Shown: piece by piece, positions 39,302 to 53,733 of the stretch
Position numbering within the stretch: position 1 is the stretch's first letter
How the letters are laid out: every line of letters starts with the position of its first letter
DNA from: Eledone cirrhosa
Lineage: Eukaryota
Assembly (NCBI GenBank): GCA_964016885.1
Contig: OZ024754.1
Coordinates: 34,100,001 to 34,164,000 of the forward strand
DNA length: 64,000 nucleotides
Direction: 5' to 3'
Notes under the pieces: generated by a model
What the model saw: only the letters and a program-made list of their open reading frames with translations
Databases searched by the model: none
Told to the model about the DNA's origin: nothing
Position numbers and translations under genes: made by a program

Positions 39302-39589
39302 GAATTGTATATACTCTATTATGCTTTGAGTTCCTTACTTACTGTGGTTACCCCTGCTCCGATTGAACCCAGGATACACACACACGCATATATGTATATA
39401 TATTATAGTCCACACAGTAAATGAGGTTGGTGTTAGGAAGGGCATCCAGCCGTAAAAAAAAACCTGCCAGAGACGCTTCCGTGCAAGCGAGACACGGTCT
39501 CCCGACCCTTCCCGCATCAAATGGAACAAAACTGTCTAACCCATGCTAGCGTGGAAGATGGACGTTAAACGATGACGCTGATGATATAT

Positions 39590-39925
39590 CATCATCATCA
39601 TTTTACGTCCGCTTTTTCCCTGCTTGCAAGGGTGGGACGGGAACTGATTCTGGCTTGATTTCTACAGCTGGATGCCCTTCCTAACACCAACCTCATTTAC
39701 AGTGAGTGCTGGGTGCTTTTTTTCCCGTGACACCTACACGTCCACATTGCAGTGGAATGATAGGGACCCCAGTCCCTATCATCTCATTTCTACAGCTGAG
39801 TAAACTGGAGCAATGTGAAATAAAGTGTCTTGCTCAAGGAAACAACACATCACCCAGTCTGAGAATTGAACTCACAACCTTTCGATTGCAAGCCCAATGC
39901 TCTAACCACTAAGCCATGTGCCTCT
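39590..39925 (-). mobile_element. SINE family 1 with RTE-type tail
   Basis: Full copy, tail-to-tail with another SINE/RTE-UTR tail at 39405-39585. Confidence 0.85.
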
Positions 39926-40309
39926 ATATATATATAAAGTCTGTCTTAAGCCAGAAGGCTCATTTGGCCAGTGCTTATCCTGGTTTCATGGCGTGAAGCG
40001 GCTGAGAGTACAAGACTCCCCCCTGGACAGGACACCAGTCCATCACAGGGTTAAACCCCCAGCTATTGCTGGTACTCATTTTTAGTTAAGTATATTAGAG
40101 CAACGTGAAGTGAAGTGTTTTCCTCAAGAACACAACACACAACCCAAGAATCGAACCCACCACATTATGATCGTAAATCCAACACCCTTACCACTAGGCC
40201 AGTTGCCTCCCCATATATATACACACACACACACATACATACACATGGCAGCACCACAGCATGGCCTCAGCCTGTTGGCTGGAACATGTAGTAAAGTTAT
40301 AGAGTAATA

Positions 40310-40655
40310 TAGGAGGGTCAGCTGTAAAGTTCATAGGCTGACTATGAATGGTTGATGCTAGAGCTGTGAAATCTTGCATGCATTAATTTCAACTCTCTTC
40401 TTATTAATAACTGCATTATTTCTTTCCAGGAACTATGTTGAAAAACAAACCAAATTTGGTCATTGCATGAGAGTATCTTGGTCAGACTATGAAGGAGTGA
40501 AGCTAGAGCTGTGAAATCTTCATGCATTAATTTCAACTCTTCTTATTAATAACTGCATTGTTCCTTTCCAGGGACTATGTTGAAAAATAAACCTCATTTG
40601 GTTATTCCATGAGAGTATCTTGGTCAGACTATGAACTTTTCAGCTGACCCTCATA
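40310..40655. mobile_element. Tc1/mariner-like MITE
   Basis: TIRs GAGGGTCAGCTG.AAAGTTCATAG / CTATGAACTTTTCAGCTGACCCTC, TA-flanked. Confidence 0.7.
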
Positions 40656-40679
40656 ATATTAAGTTAGATTTTAATTGAA

Positions 40680-40864
40680 ATAATTGTTTCTACTTTTGGC
40701 ACAAGGCCAGCAATTACCCAGTGTATTACTGGTACTTTATTTTATCGACCCTGTAAGGATGAAAGGCAAAGTTAACCTCGGCGGGATTTGAACTCAGATC
40801 GTAAAGGGACGTAACTACGCTGGAAAGCATGTCTGACCCTCTACCAATACTGCCAATCACCGTG
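40680..40864 (-). mobile_element. SINE family 2
   Basis: Reverse complement of 36432-36625. Confidence 0.8.
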
Positions 40865-41667
40865 AAATAATGACCCTATAAAATGGATGGTATTTTTTCA
40901 TAGACCCACATACAGTTTCAGCTAGGTTGGCAACAGAAAGGTAAATGGTAAGCTATAATGTTACCTGGAATATTCAGGTGTGATATATTTTTATTCACAG
41001 CCCCCAGCTAGTGTCTAACTTTGTCTTACATTACTTTAATTAGCTGAGTTAATTACAAATTACACATTAGTAGCAATTGCTTTTCACCTTCAAAGATTAA
41101 CTGTCACTAATTTGAAATATTTAAGAGTGGATGAAACAATGAAATAACTGAACATCAGGAGAGGAGGGGGAAGTGGATATGTATGTATGTATGTACATTA
41201 TCTTTAGGCATTTTAGAGATTATTGTCACTTCATCAAAACATAACTACCCCTATGCTTCTTGTCTACAGAGTTATCTGTTTACAACATTTTTATATGTCA
41301 AACAGGAAGTGCAATACAACTACAATTATCAGACATTTTCATGACATGCATACATTTGGCAATGTAATTAGACAATAAATATTTATGCTGGAATACAGAT
41401 TACATTAGAATGATCTAGAACAAAGATTCTCAAACAAAATTTTTTTCTCAAATTTTATTCTCAAACAAAATTTTATTTCTATTCAAAATTTTATTTCTAT
41501 TCAACCCCAAACAAATAAAATTAAATATATAATTACAAAACAACTAATTTACCAGTGTTTAATACAATTTACCAGGGAAAAGAATCATTAAATTATAAAT
41601 GCAAATACACTTTTAATGCTTGAAATATTTTTTTATGGAAGAAATGGTTTTGGTGGGCATGGTTATT

Positions 41668-41866
41668 CGAGGGTCAGCTGAAAAGTTCATAGACTGACCA
41701 AGATACTCTAATGAAATGACCAAATAAGGTTTATTTTTCAACATAGTTCCTAGAAAGAAACATTGCCGTTATTCATAAAAAGAGTTGAAATTAATGCATG
41801 CAAGATTTCACAGCTCTAGCATCACTCCTTCATAGTCAGCTTATTAACTTTTCAGCCGTCCCTCAT
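41668..41866. mobile_element. Tc1/mariner-like MITE (unit-length copy)
   Basis: CGAGGGTCAGCTGAAAAGTT ... AACTTTTCAGCCGTCCCTCA. Confidence 0.7.
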
Positions 41867-42138
41867 AAATGCAAATTAGTAAATTCAACCCCTGTTGCAC
41901 CCCAGTTTTTATTTACTCCTGCCAAAATTTTGTTCAGATCTAGAGGTTTCTATGGACCACTTTGAGAAGATTTTAAAGATGTAGAATATATCAAAAACGT
42001 TTAGTGTAAAAACCATTCAAACAGTCCTCTACAGTATTTACATTGCCTGCTCCCTCTGCTCGATGGAGCATCCAACCCAGGTTCGCAATCACTGCTGTAG
42101 ATGGATGTTAAACCTTAACATCCTGCATTGATATGGCA

Positions 42139-42622
42139 AAAAATATCTAAAAACAGGTTTGTTCATTCAAATATTTATAGTATCTTTACTAATGGTCAAA
42201 TTATTGTGAAAATTTACAGTATTATTTAAGGCCCTGTAATGATTTTGCAGAAAATATCTAAAAACAGGTTTGTTCATTCAAATATTTATAGTATCTTTAC
42301 TAATGGTCAAATTATTGTGAAAATTTACAGTATTATTTAAGGCCCTGTAATGATTTTGCAGAAAATATCTAAAAACAGGTTTGTTCATTAAAATATTTAT
42401 AGTATCTTTACTAATGGTCAAATTATTGTGAAAATTTACAGTATTATTTAAGGCCCTGTAATGATTTTGCAGAAAATATCTAAAAACAGGTTTGTTCATT
42501 AAAATATTTATAGTATCTTTACTAATGGTCAAATTATTGTGAAAATTTACAGTATTATTTAAGGCCCTGTAATGATTTTGCAGAAAATATCTAAAAACAG
42601 GTTTGTTCATACAAATATTTAT
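42139..42622. repeat. 111-bp tandem repeat, about 4.3 copies
   Basis: AAAATATCTAAAAACAGG at 42251 and 42362 (period 111). Related inverted array at 58577-59005. Confidence 0.9.
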
Positions 42623-42834
42623 TGATTGTTGTAGAAATGGGCAGTATTTGATTAAAGACTTTAATTTTTAATATGATGCAGTTATAGTGCTGTTTTGTAC
42701 TTTTCAAAAATATCTTGCAAATGTCATTTCACCTGGTTTTGTTAATTCAAATGTTTAAAAAATCTTTAATGAAAGAGATCATTGTGACAATTTGCAGTGT
42801 GGTGAGTGTATGTTTCATTTTTTTTATTTTACAG

Positions 42835-42889
42835 AACCAGGAGCTAAACGAATTAAAAAGTAAAATAATGGAGCTCTTACAGCTGAGAG
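42835..42889 (+). CDS. candidate 55-nt internal coding exon (NQELNELKSKIMELLQLR), coiled-coil-like; host gene unidentified
   Basis: Strong acceptor TTTTTTTTATTTTACAG|, open frame with heptad-like Leu/Ile spacing, donor AG|GTACAT. Confidence 0.4.
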
Positions 42890-45800
42890 GTACATAAAGT
42901 TAATAAATGTGTCTGAACACGGAAGAGCCAAACCTCTCGCCCTCCCCATCACTCTGTATTATGAGCAAATGGGGTCCCACATGTTGGCCACCCCACAGCC
43001 CTGGCAAACAGAATGGAGAAGACGTTTCCCCAGAGGATTGTAAGGGAGATGCGCTGGAAGAGCCATTCCATCTCGCGAGGCTCACACCTGCAGTTAGCCA
43101 GTTTGTACTTTTCAAGAATGTCTTGCTCATGTGATTTTCATGTTTGTTAATTCAAATATTTATATTATCTTTAGTAGTGCACAGATTGTTGTGAAAATCT
43201 ACAGTATTAGAGTAAAGACTTTAATTTTTAATAAGCTGCAGTCATATTGCTGTTGTTTTCTACTTTTCAAGAATATTTAGCTATTGCTATATGGTCGAGG
43301 AGGACATTAAGTGCTAAGGCTATAATAATCAATCCACATGTAATATGAGAAAGTAATGTTTGAAGAAGCAACATAGATTCTATTAACTAATAGGCTCTGT
43401 GTGATAACAGTTTATTGACTATAATCTAGCTTCAACCCAACAGGTTTCTCTCTTGTTTTTATTTTATTTTATTCCCCCATTTTTCTTATTTTATTTTATT
43501 TAATATTTTCTTTTCTCTTCATTTGTTTGGTTTCTTCTCTGGATATTCTCATGTAGCTATAAACACACACACACCCACACACACAGGTAGACAGACACAG
43601 AAAAACATATACACCGACAGACAGACACAGAAACAAACACACACACACATACATACACATATACACACTCTCAGACAGACAGACACAGAAACAAACACAC
43701 ACATATTTGCCAACAAAAACAACCACAGACATATACCTAGACATATGCATAAACACACACATATACATCACCACCACCAACATCATCACCATTACCACCA
43801 CCAACACCATCACCAACAACAACAGCAACAGCAACAACACTAACCCCCACACACTCTAGCAGAGATTTCTTAGTTAAGATAAAATGTTCATTAAATCAAC
43901 CAAGAAAAACCTCCATTCCTCAAGCTGTTCAATGATAAAACAAAAAACTGGAGTGATTTCACAAAGAAATCAATGACAACAGAAAAAAAAAGCAATTCCA
44001 ATCATAGCTTACAATCAATACCACCACCATCACTATCAACTGCGTCATTACTGCCACCATCAACACCAACACATCACCCAGCAACATAACCACAAATATC
44101 ACTACAAGTCCCACCACTGCCACCATAAGCGATACCATCATTACCATCACCTCACTGAATAATGTAGTATAGATAGTGTTGTGTGAGAGTACGACGCCTT
44201 CCTGGCAAGAATGGGCTGGACCACTACATATAGATAGTAGCGGCCTGAGTAAGTGGGAAAGAAGTTGGTACTAGTTCCACAGTTTGTGTGTTGATAGTCA
44301 AAGTTGGAGTTCAAGTTCACAGTTCAAGTTAGCGTGTTGGATTGATGTTTCTTAAAAGATTGTTGTTCGGTTACATGTGGTTATTGCCGTTTGTTTCGAT
44401 TATATTGTTATTACACTGTTGCAGTGTATTCGTTTATCCAGAAGGACATAACAGATAGGCATAATTATATCTTCAAGAAGATGTTTACTCAGCTGTAGAA
44501 ATGAGTTGTGATCCTGCCAAATCAATGGGTGGCAGTAGTTCCAGCTGCACGCATCGAAAGACTGGTGTAGTGGGTCTGAGAACAATACAGCTTTGCAGAT
44601 GATCAATGCAAATTGACAATGGAAAGGGTCTCCCACTCGAGTTAGAAGAGAACTATTGACCTTCAGGAGAAGCAGCGACCCCTGATTGTATTCAGCAACC
44701 AAAACAAATATGAAGTACACCAAATCCAATGCTCCTAGGCGTGGCCCTGGTTCTTCTTATTTGCGAGTGTAAACTTGGCCAGATTAGATTAGATTAGAAG
44801 ATATCTCACATTCATTCACCTTTGGTGAACATAGCCTTGGCCAGGAGTTGTTGATGTCATCAGACAGTGTCCAACATTCATTGGGTGTTTCAACTCACAA
44901 CTATAGCACCCTCTTGCTGGTGGGTCAGCAGTGGTGGCCAAATTATTACCCATCTTCGCCCCATGCGTTCCATCTTATCTCTGCTCTCCTGTTCCAAAGT
45001 CAACAAGAGGCCTTTTTTGCTGACTCCCTCATCCTGTGAACTACAGTCTTCTCCCTTCCTATCATTCCAATGGCAGAGAACATTCTCCATACTAAGTGAG
45101 CTAGGAATCCCCTGCAGCCTATCTTGACAAATAAATATAAACTTTTAAAATAGTTTGGTACCATAGAACCAGGAGCAGTTTCAGGTGGTTTCGTATCAAA
45201 GAAGCTACCTAAATGAGTTCTGTCAAATTACTATATTGTCTGCTTTTCTATTGAAAGTAGCACAACCTTTAGTAGTTAATAACAAAAATTATTTAAGTTT
45301 CAGTTCCCATAAGTTTCTTTTCAATTTAGTATGGCAGGCGAAAATATGAATCAGTGTAGTTAAATGACCAGCTGTGAAACAGAAGATCATAAAAATATTT
45401 GAATGGCAGACATACAAACCACAAAACATCAAGTGAAATCTAGGCTTATAAGTTTTATGGGAAATAAGAAACAATTTGAAATAGACAAGGTCATACAATA
45501 AGGAGCTCTTTTCTATAGAAGAAGGGAAAGAGGTCAGGGAATATAGATTTTGTTGAAGACCTTCCCTATATGTACTGTAAATTGTACAATAAATTTTGGG
45601 CTATTGTTAACTTGAACACAAACTGTACTAATGCAACTTAGAAAGTTATGAGTATATATAATAGTAAAAAACAGGTTTGATTTGAAGTGTAGATATTTCC
45701 TTTTAGATAGAGATTCGGGATTCTGTTCTTGTTTTTTCTTGCTTTGATGATTATATTTCTAATGCAGGGGTGTAATTAAGGCATGACAAGCATGGCATGT

Positions 45801-45967
45801 GCCATGGATACCACACAAAAGAGGGACGGGGACCACTTGGACTTTATGGTTATCTGAAAGATTGGTGTCAGATGTTTGAGCAGGGGCACAACTTCACTGC
45901 TTGCTATAGGTGCATTTTCCCTAGTTATGCCTCTGTTCTAATGAAATACAAATTATCTGAATTGATG

Positions 45968-46308
45968 GATGCACTCGGCTTAGTGGTTAGAGCATTGGCC
46001 TTGCAATCGAAAGGTTGTGAGTTCAATTCTCAGACCGGGTGATGTGTTGTTTCCTTGAGCAAGACACTTTATTTCACATTGCTCCAGTTTACTCAGCTGT
46101 AGAAATGAGATGATAGGGACTGGGGTCCCTAACATTCCACTGCAAAGTGGTCGTGGAGGTGCCACGGCAAAAAAGCACCCAGCACTCACTGTAAATGAGG
46201 TTGGTGTTAGGAAGGGCATCCAGCTGTAGAAATCAAGCCAAAATCAGTTCCCGTCCCACCCTTGCAAGCAGGGAAAAGCGGACGTAAAATGATGATGATG
46301 ATGATGAT
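45968..46308 (+). mobile_element. SINE family 1 with RTE-type tail
   Basis: Head GGCTTAGTGGTTAGAGC...GAGTTCAATTCT; tail GGAAAAGCGGACGTAAAATGATGAT. Confidence 0.88.
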
Positions 46309-46758
46309 ATATACGTATATGTTTATGTATATATATATATGTATATGTATATATATATGTATATACATGTATATGTATGTATGTATATATATGTATATGT
46401 ATGTATATATATGTATAATGAAATGACGTAAAATGAAATGATGAAATGATGATGATGATTGATTAAAGATTCAGAGGTGGGATTTACTAAAATTATTAAG
46501 TATTTCAATACTAAGATAGTATTTATAACATAACTTAACAAAAGGTTCCTATATAAAATGGGAATTCTTTAAAATTGACAAACAGATATCCTTGCATACT
46601 ACAAGGTTTGAATCAATGATTTAAAGTATTGATTGTATTGATATTCTGTTTTTCTTTTATTGGCTTCAGTCATCTTTGAACCTTGCAATAAAAATACATT
46701 GACTGCTCGGTTACTTATAACTTGTCCTGTGTTGAACCAACCTCAACATCATTATCTC

Positions 46759-46984
46759 TTAACCCTTTAGCATTTAAACTAGCCGTATCCAGCCAGAATT
46801 CTCTCTTTCTGTTCAAACCAGCCGTAACCAGCTGCTCATACTGATGTTAAGGTATTGTTCTCAAAATAAATAATATCAAAATCTCATAGATTCGATATTA
46901 TGTGAGATAATTATGTAAGGTAAAGTGTTTACCATGAAAATACAATAGTATATATATAGAGTAATGTAAATGTTAAAGGGTAAA
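46759..46984. mobile_element. TTAA-flanked MITE (inverted copy of 32962-33196)
   Basis: TTAACCCTTTAGCATTTA ... TAAATGTTAAAGGGTAAA. Confidence 0.72.
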
Positions 46985-48204
46985 TGTGCAATAATAATTT
47001 AGCAGAAAATATCTAAAAGCGGGTTTATTAAATTAATATTTTTGGTATCTTTACTATTGGACTGATCATTGCTGGTTTCTACTTTTCAAGAATGTCTTGC
47101 TAATGCGATGTTTCATACAGTACAGGATGTTATGAGGTAACCAGGTGATGGAGGAGTATGATGAGTGCTTTACAATTCTATTGAGGGCTAAGTGCAGCTC
47201 ACCAAGGTCTGGAGATGAAGCCAAAGCTACCAGCTGAGAAATGCCAATGATAAACAGCAAGAGTACAGCAAGACTACAGCAGCTAACTCACTATGAATCT
47301 CTGCAGATATCATAACATGAGCAGATGTTTACAAATACCAGTCATGGCATCTCAACTCTCATGTAGGGTGGATGATAGCAACAGCTGGAGTCTTTCATCA
47401 TCAGTATCAACCCTTTAGGCAGCAAATTGGCAGAGTTATTAGAAGAGGATAGAATGCTGTGTGGTATTCATTTTGGTTTTCTATACTCTCAGTTCAAATA
47501 GTGCCATGCTCAACTTTGCCTTTCATTCTTTCGAGGATGATAAAATGCCACTCCAGTTACAGAGTCATTTCTTCCTCTACCTCTTTCTTTCAACTTCTCC
47601 TCTCTCACTATCACTCTCTTTCTCTGGAAGAAATTTGTTATGCTCAGCCCTAGAGAGGAATAGGTTCCACTAAGTTTAAATGTCACAATGCCCCACACCT
47701 ATGATTTCATATGGTGTTAAGGGGCCATAGACAAACCAATCTTTTCCACAGAAGTTTTTTTAAAAAGCCAGCATTTTCTAAGACAAGGAATCACATGCAG
47801 GCAGTGATATACAATATTAACACTACATTGCCATATTTCTCATGAAAAAAAAAACAGCCTATGATTTTCAAATAATTTTGAAAATAATTATAAATTCGGA
47901 GAGATTTAGTAAAATAACTCATTTTTAGCTCTTTTGCTACCATCCCAACCAAAACTGTCTTTGGCTCTATAAAACAAAGCCAACTATTTATAGGGCTTCC
48001 ATTTAAATTTAAATTTTCCAGCATAATCTTATATAAGAACCATATGTTAAAGAAATCATCATCTTCATTCAACGTCTATGTTTATGCTAGCATGGGTTAG
48101 ACGAGTTGTCCCTTGTGAGGCAAGTCAGAACAGGTGACCATGCCTTACTCATACAGAACTGATTTGGGCTAGGTTTCTATGGCTGGATGCTCTTCCTAAT
48201 GCCA

Positions 48205-48945
48205 AACACATTTACAATGTGTACTTGGTGCATTTTGTCGTGACACCTACATGACCACTTTACTGTGTGGGCTGGGTGCTTTTTGTCGTGACACTTACAT
48301 GACCACCTTACTGTGTGGGCTGGGTGCATTTTGTCGTGACACTTACATGACCACTTTACTGTGTGGACTGGGTGCATTTTGTCGTGACACTCACATGACC
48401 ACTTTACTGTGTGGATGGGTGCATTTTGTCGTGACACCTACATGACCACTTTACTGTGTGGGCTGGGTGCTTTTTGTCGTGACACTTACATGACCACCTT
48501 ACTGTGTAGACTGGGTGCATTTTGTCGTGACACCTACATGACCACTTTACTGTGTGAACTGGGTGCATTTTGTCGTGACACTCACATGACCACTTTACAG
48601 TGTGGGCTGGGTGCTTTTTGTCATGACACTTACATGACCACTATACAGTGTGGGCTGGGTGCTTTTTGTCATGACACTTACATGACCACCTTACTGTGTG
48701 GGCTGGGTGCATTTTGTTGTGACACTTACATGACCACTTTACTGTGTGGACTGGGTGCATTTTGTCGTGACACTTACATGACCACTTTACTGTGTGGGCT
48801 TGGTGCATTTTGTCATGACACCTACATGACCACTTTACAGTGTGGGCTGGGTGCTTTTTGTCATGACACTTACATGACCACTATACAGTGTGGGCTGGGT
48901 GTTTTTTGTTGTGACACCTATAGGATCATCTTACAGTGTGGACTA
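48205..48945 (-). repeat. 48-bp tandem repeat, about 15 copies; same module as 34084-34705 in opposite orientation
   Basis: CTGGGTGCATTTTGTCGTGACACTTACATGACCACTTTACTGTGTGG; attached to a SINE/RTE-type tail at 48055-48205. Confidence 0.92.
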
Positions 48946-49801
48946 TGAAATATTTAATAATTTTAGTAAAACCCTCCAAATTCTACATTCATTTATTGAA
49001 ATAGAATGTATTTTGTTAGAAATGTGTTGATGGTTGTTGTAGTGGCACAGTGACAGTAGAGGAGGCAGTAGAAACAGGGGTGGTTGTGGCAGTGGTTGTG
49101 GTAGAGGTGGATTCTTTCAATACATACATACTGATAACAATACTAACAATAATGTTTTATAATTGAAACTTCAGGTTGATTTACTTGTCAAGGTAAAGGA
49201 GTTCTTTTGTTAATAAAAAGAGAATATGAAATGGTTTGGCAAGCAGCAGAAAATATTATAGAGAGATCAAATAATGGTTTAGCATGCAGCAGGAAAGAAG
49301 AATATGTAGGGGAGGGGATCAAATAAAATGGAGCATGTCAAGAATGATGATCATCTGCCATAGTTTAAATGGAACTGAGAAAGACAGGAAAAACACAGAA
49401 AATCTACAGACAATGGAGTGAAAGACAAGAATGGTGAGTCAAGCATGGCTTTTATTTGCATGGTTGGCTGGTTGGTGTGTTTGTTTTTGTTTTTACTTTA
49501 GAGTTTGAGCCCCCCCCCCCCCCCCGCCACCTCTCCGTAACAGCCTGAAGCACTTAAGGACTGTCACTTGATGTCTTATGATGTCACATGACATATGGCA
49601 AGAAGCTGAATACATAACATTAAAGAAAAGACACAAATAAACACACAAACACTGTTTATACACACACATATGCATGTGTGTATATATATACACATATGCA
49701 TGTGTATATATATATATACACATATGCATGTGTATATATATATACACATATGCATGTGTATATATATATATGTATATATACATATATACACATATGCATG
49801 T

Positions 49802-49841
<40 letters not shown>

Positions 49842-49852
49842 GCATGTGTGTG

Positions 49853-49884
<32 letters not shown>

Positions 49885-50053
49885 ATTTAATGATGATGAT
49901 GATTGAAAATACTACTAGCACATACATTCATATGTATAGATAAACATATACACACAGATGTACAAAACACATATTCAAAGCTGTAATATAATATACTAAT
50001 ACCCATAATTACACACAAGTGTATACTTTCTATACTTTTAAAATCCAAAACAC

Positions 50054-50101
<48 letters not shown>

Positions 50102-51086
50102 TATGTGTATATATATATATATATACACACACCTATATACAACCATTGAAGAAAAGAAATGTTCACACCCATATCAACTAACAACTATATACAAACACAA
50201 ACAAAATAATTATATATTAACCCATATATTATATATATATATATAAAGTATTTCCATCGGAAAGGTACAGGAAAAAAGAGTGCTCTATGTAGGCTACAGA
50301 GCTTATTAGTTATGTAATAAACAACATAAGATAATTATTATATTTACCAGTGGTTTCTTGAAGGCAGATGTTTGTCTGTCTTCAGTTGTCAAAAAAATAT
50401 ATATATATATTATATATATGTATGATGATGATGATGATGATGATAATGATATATTGAATACAAGAACGCTGGGCAGGGTCTGTATCCAACATACATTGAG
50501 TCATATCATCATATCAAGTGCAGGGGAAAAGTTGTACCTTTTGACACAAACTGAAACGTCCTCCAAACCCCTTGTTTGACACAGCTTTCTATGGCTGGAT
50601 GCCCTTCCTAACACCAACCACTTTACAGAGTGTACTGCGTGCTTTTATTGTGTAGATCACCAGCACTATACATACATAGATACACACCCAATAAACAAGC
50701 AAAAATAAGTTTATATAAACCCTTTTGCACACACATACACACACATACAAACATACTGAAACACATTCTAAACTGAAAGTTCTCACACATAATCAAAAGG
50801 ACATAACATACACACACAAACACAAACACACATATATATATATGAAATGCCAAACATTTCTCTTGGATTATAATTATTAGTAATAACCCTTTTAATACCA
50901 ACTCTGCTGAGACTGTCTCTGGTTTTTATGTCACAAAACTATCAGTTTTAGTGTGCATATTTACATTAAAGCCGTCCAAGCACGTAAGAACCTTTGTTAA
51001 GTAATGCTCCAAACATCAAACTTAACAATGAAAAATATTATTTTACTAAATTCCTGGAGTTCTTTTTTTTTTCTTTTTTTTTTTAA

Positions 51087-51296
51087 TATTGGGACATCCC
51101 ATAAATAATGCAGTTTTTTTTATATACATCTTTTATTTTTTTTTAATTAAGATAAACTACATTTTTCAAAGCTTGCAAACAAGGTGAACTTAATACCTGC
51201 CTTTATAGCAAGTTTATGCAGATGTTTGTCCCCACCCCTCCCTCTTTTATTGAATACAATTTTTAAAAATCGTATTATTTATTGGATGACCCCATA
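51087..51296. mobile_element. Tc1/mariner-like MITE (second family)
   Basis: Imperfect TIRs TATTGGGACATCCCATAAATAATGC / GTATTATTTATTGGATGACCCCATA. Confidence 0.5.
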
Positions 51297-51734
51297 AATT
51301 CAAAGTTACAAGCAGCATCTTTCATTAGAAATATTGTAACCAAAGGGTTAAAATGTAATACCCTACAACACTTACAATCTCTTTGCACATCCATTTAAAT
51401 ACCTTGGTATTGGATTAAAGATATTAAATTATAATTCCATTGGCTACTGAGCCTCTTTCTCTCTCTTTAATCCATTAGAGTCACAAGTAATGGTATCTCC
51501 TTAATATGATAATTCCAACACAAAGGTAATCCTTTAGAATTTTCTACAGTTATTTATTAAGAAGATATGGGATTTACAGTGACTTTTTTTTTAATATATA
51601 CATTTGTAAAATATTTTAAGTAGTAAAAGGTTGCCAGTTGTCAACAGTAATCCGTTAATTCAGAATTTACTGAAGCAAAGAAGGAAACACTGATTCAGAG
51701 CTATTTAAACATTTCAAGAAATCTAATCATAAAA

Positions 51735-51926
51735 ATAATTGTTTCTATTTTTGGCATAAGGCCAGCAATTTCCCCAGTGCATTACTGGTACTTTATTTTA
51801 TCAACCCCATAAGGATAAAAGGCAAAGTTAACCTCGGCAGGATTTGAACTCAGACTGTAAAGGGGCGTAACTCTATGCTGCAAAGCATGGCATCCGACCC
51901 TCTACCGATAATGCCAATCCACCGTC
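51735..51926 (-). mobile_element. SINE family 2
   Basis: Reverse complement of 36432-36625. Confidence 0.8.
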
Positions 51927-51944
51927 TTCTAATCACAAAAATAA

Positions 51945-52170
51945 TATCATCGCCATTGTCATATTTTTATGTCTACTTTTCCATGCTTGCATGGGTTGGA
52001 TAGGTCTTTTCCAACATAGTTTCCCTACACTTATTGCATTCCTTTGTCATCTCCTCTGCCAGGTTCAGCATTTTGAAATTCGCTTTCACCACTTCTGCAC
52101 AGGTCCTTCTTGGCCTTCCTCTACTGCAGCCTTCCCCTCCAGTGGGAATTCCTGGCACTTCTTCATCCAA
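51945..52170 (-). mobile_element. older RTE family B 3' end
   Basis: SRGRPRRTCAEVVKANFKMLNLAEEMTKE...LEKTYPTHASMEK. Confidence 0.75.
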
Positions 52171-52344
52171 CAATTATCAGTTGATAATTATAATTAACCT
52201 TTTTGATACCAATCTGTCTGAAACCATCCCTGGATCTATGATAAAAAAAAACCATTGGTTTTAAAGTCTTTACATTTATATTTGAAGCTTCCATTATAAT
52301 TCTATGCAATAACCTTTTCTTAAGTTATGCTCCAAACATCCCTC

Positions 52345-52825
52345 TAACCACTTTACAGCATGTACTGAGAGCATTTTATTGTGACTCCAACACTACCACC
52401 TTAAAGTGTGAGCCGAGTGCTTTTCCTCATAGCACCAGCAATGCCACCTTACAGGATGGACTGGGTGCTTTTCATTGTGGCACCAGCACTACCACCTTAC
52501 AGGGTAAACTGGATGCTTTTCATCATGACACCAGCTCTACCACCTTACAGGGTGGACTGGGTGCTTTTCATTGTGGCACCAGCTGTACCACTTTACAGTG
52601 TGGACTGGCTGCTTTTCATCGTGGCACCAACACTACCACCTTACATGGTGGACTGGCTGCTTTTCATCGTGGCACCAACACTACCACCTTACATGGTGGA
52701 CTGGGTGCTTTTCATTGTGGCACCAGCTATACCACTTCACAGGGTGGGCTGGATGTATTTCATTGTGGCACCAACAATGCCACTTCACAGGGTGGGCTGG
52801 ATGTATTTCATTGTGGAAGTACCAA
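52345..52825 (-). repeat. 45-bp degenerate tandem repeat of the related module
   Basis: GGTGGACTGGGTGCTTTTCATTGTGGCACCAGCACTACCACCTTACA, about 10 copies. Confidence 0.8.
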
Positions 52826-53155
52826 AAACCAAACTAGCTCCTCATTACAACACTAGGTTATAGGCAATTCACTGACTATCAAATAGATTTCATGGTGGAT
52901 GCTTGTGGCAGAATGTGAACTAATGGAAGTAGAAAGACATCTTTGGATTTCTTTGTTAGTTAACCACCAGACTTTCGTGGAACACTTTATCCTGTTAGGT
53001 GAGAGATATCCAGACAGTACAGATGATAATTAACCTAGTAAGATGTAAGATGATGTGAGATGGAGCTAAATATGATACCTAATCAATATTCAATGATTTC
53101 ATTTCTTATAAAGCTATCACCAGTTATTTTGTTGCTCAAAGCAAAGAAAAAAATG

Positions 53156-53221
<66 letters not shown>

Positions 53222-53309
53222 TTACATACACACATATGTGGAAGATAAAAGTTACATTTTTTTTTTTTTTTTAGTCCAGAAATAGCCGTCTTGAGCTCTG
53301 CCGTCGGGG

Positions 53310-53365
<56 letters not shown>

Positions 53366-53457
53366 GCATATATATATATATATATATATATATGTAAATA
53401 TGTATATATATATAAACATACATATATATGTATATATATGTAAATATGTATATATAA

Positions 53458-53495
<38 letters not shown>

Positions 53496-53679
53496 TATAT
53501 GCATGAATGTTTATATATACATATTTATATATATATATATATGCATGTATGTATATATATACATATTTATATATATATATATATATATATATGCATGTAT
53601 GTATATATATACATATTTATATATATATATATATGCATGTATGTATATATATACATATTTATATATATATATATGCATG

Positions 53680-53724
<45 letters not shown>

Positions 53725-53733
<9 letters not shown>

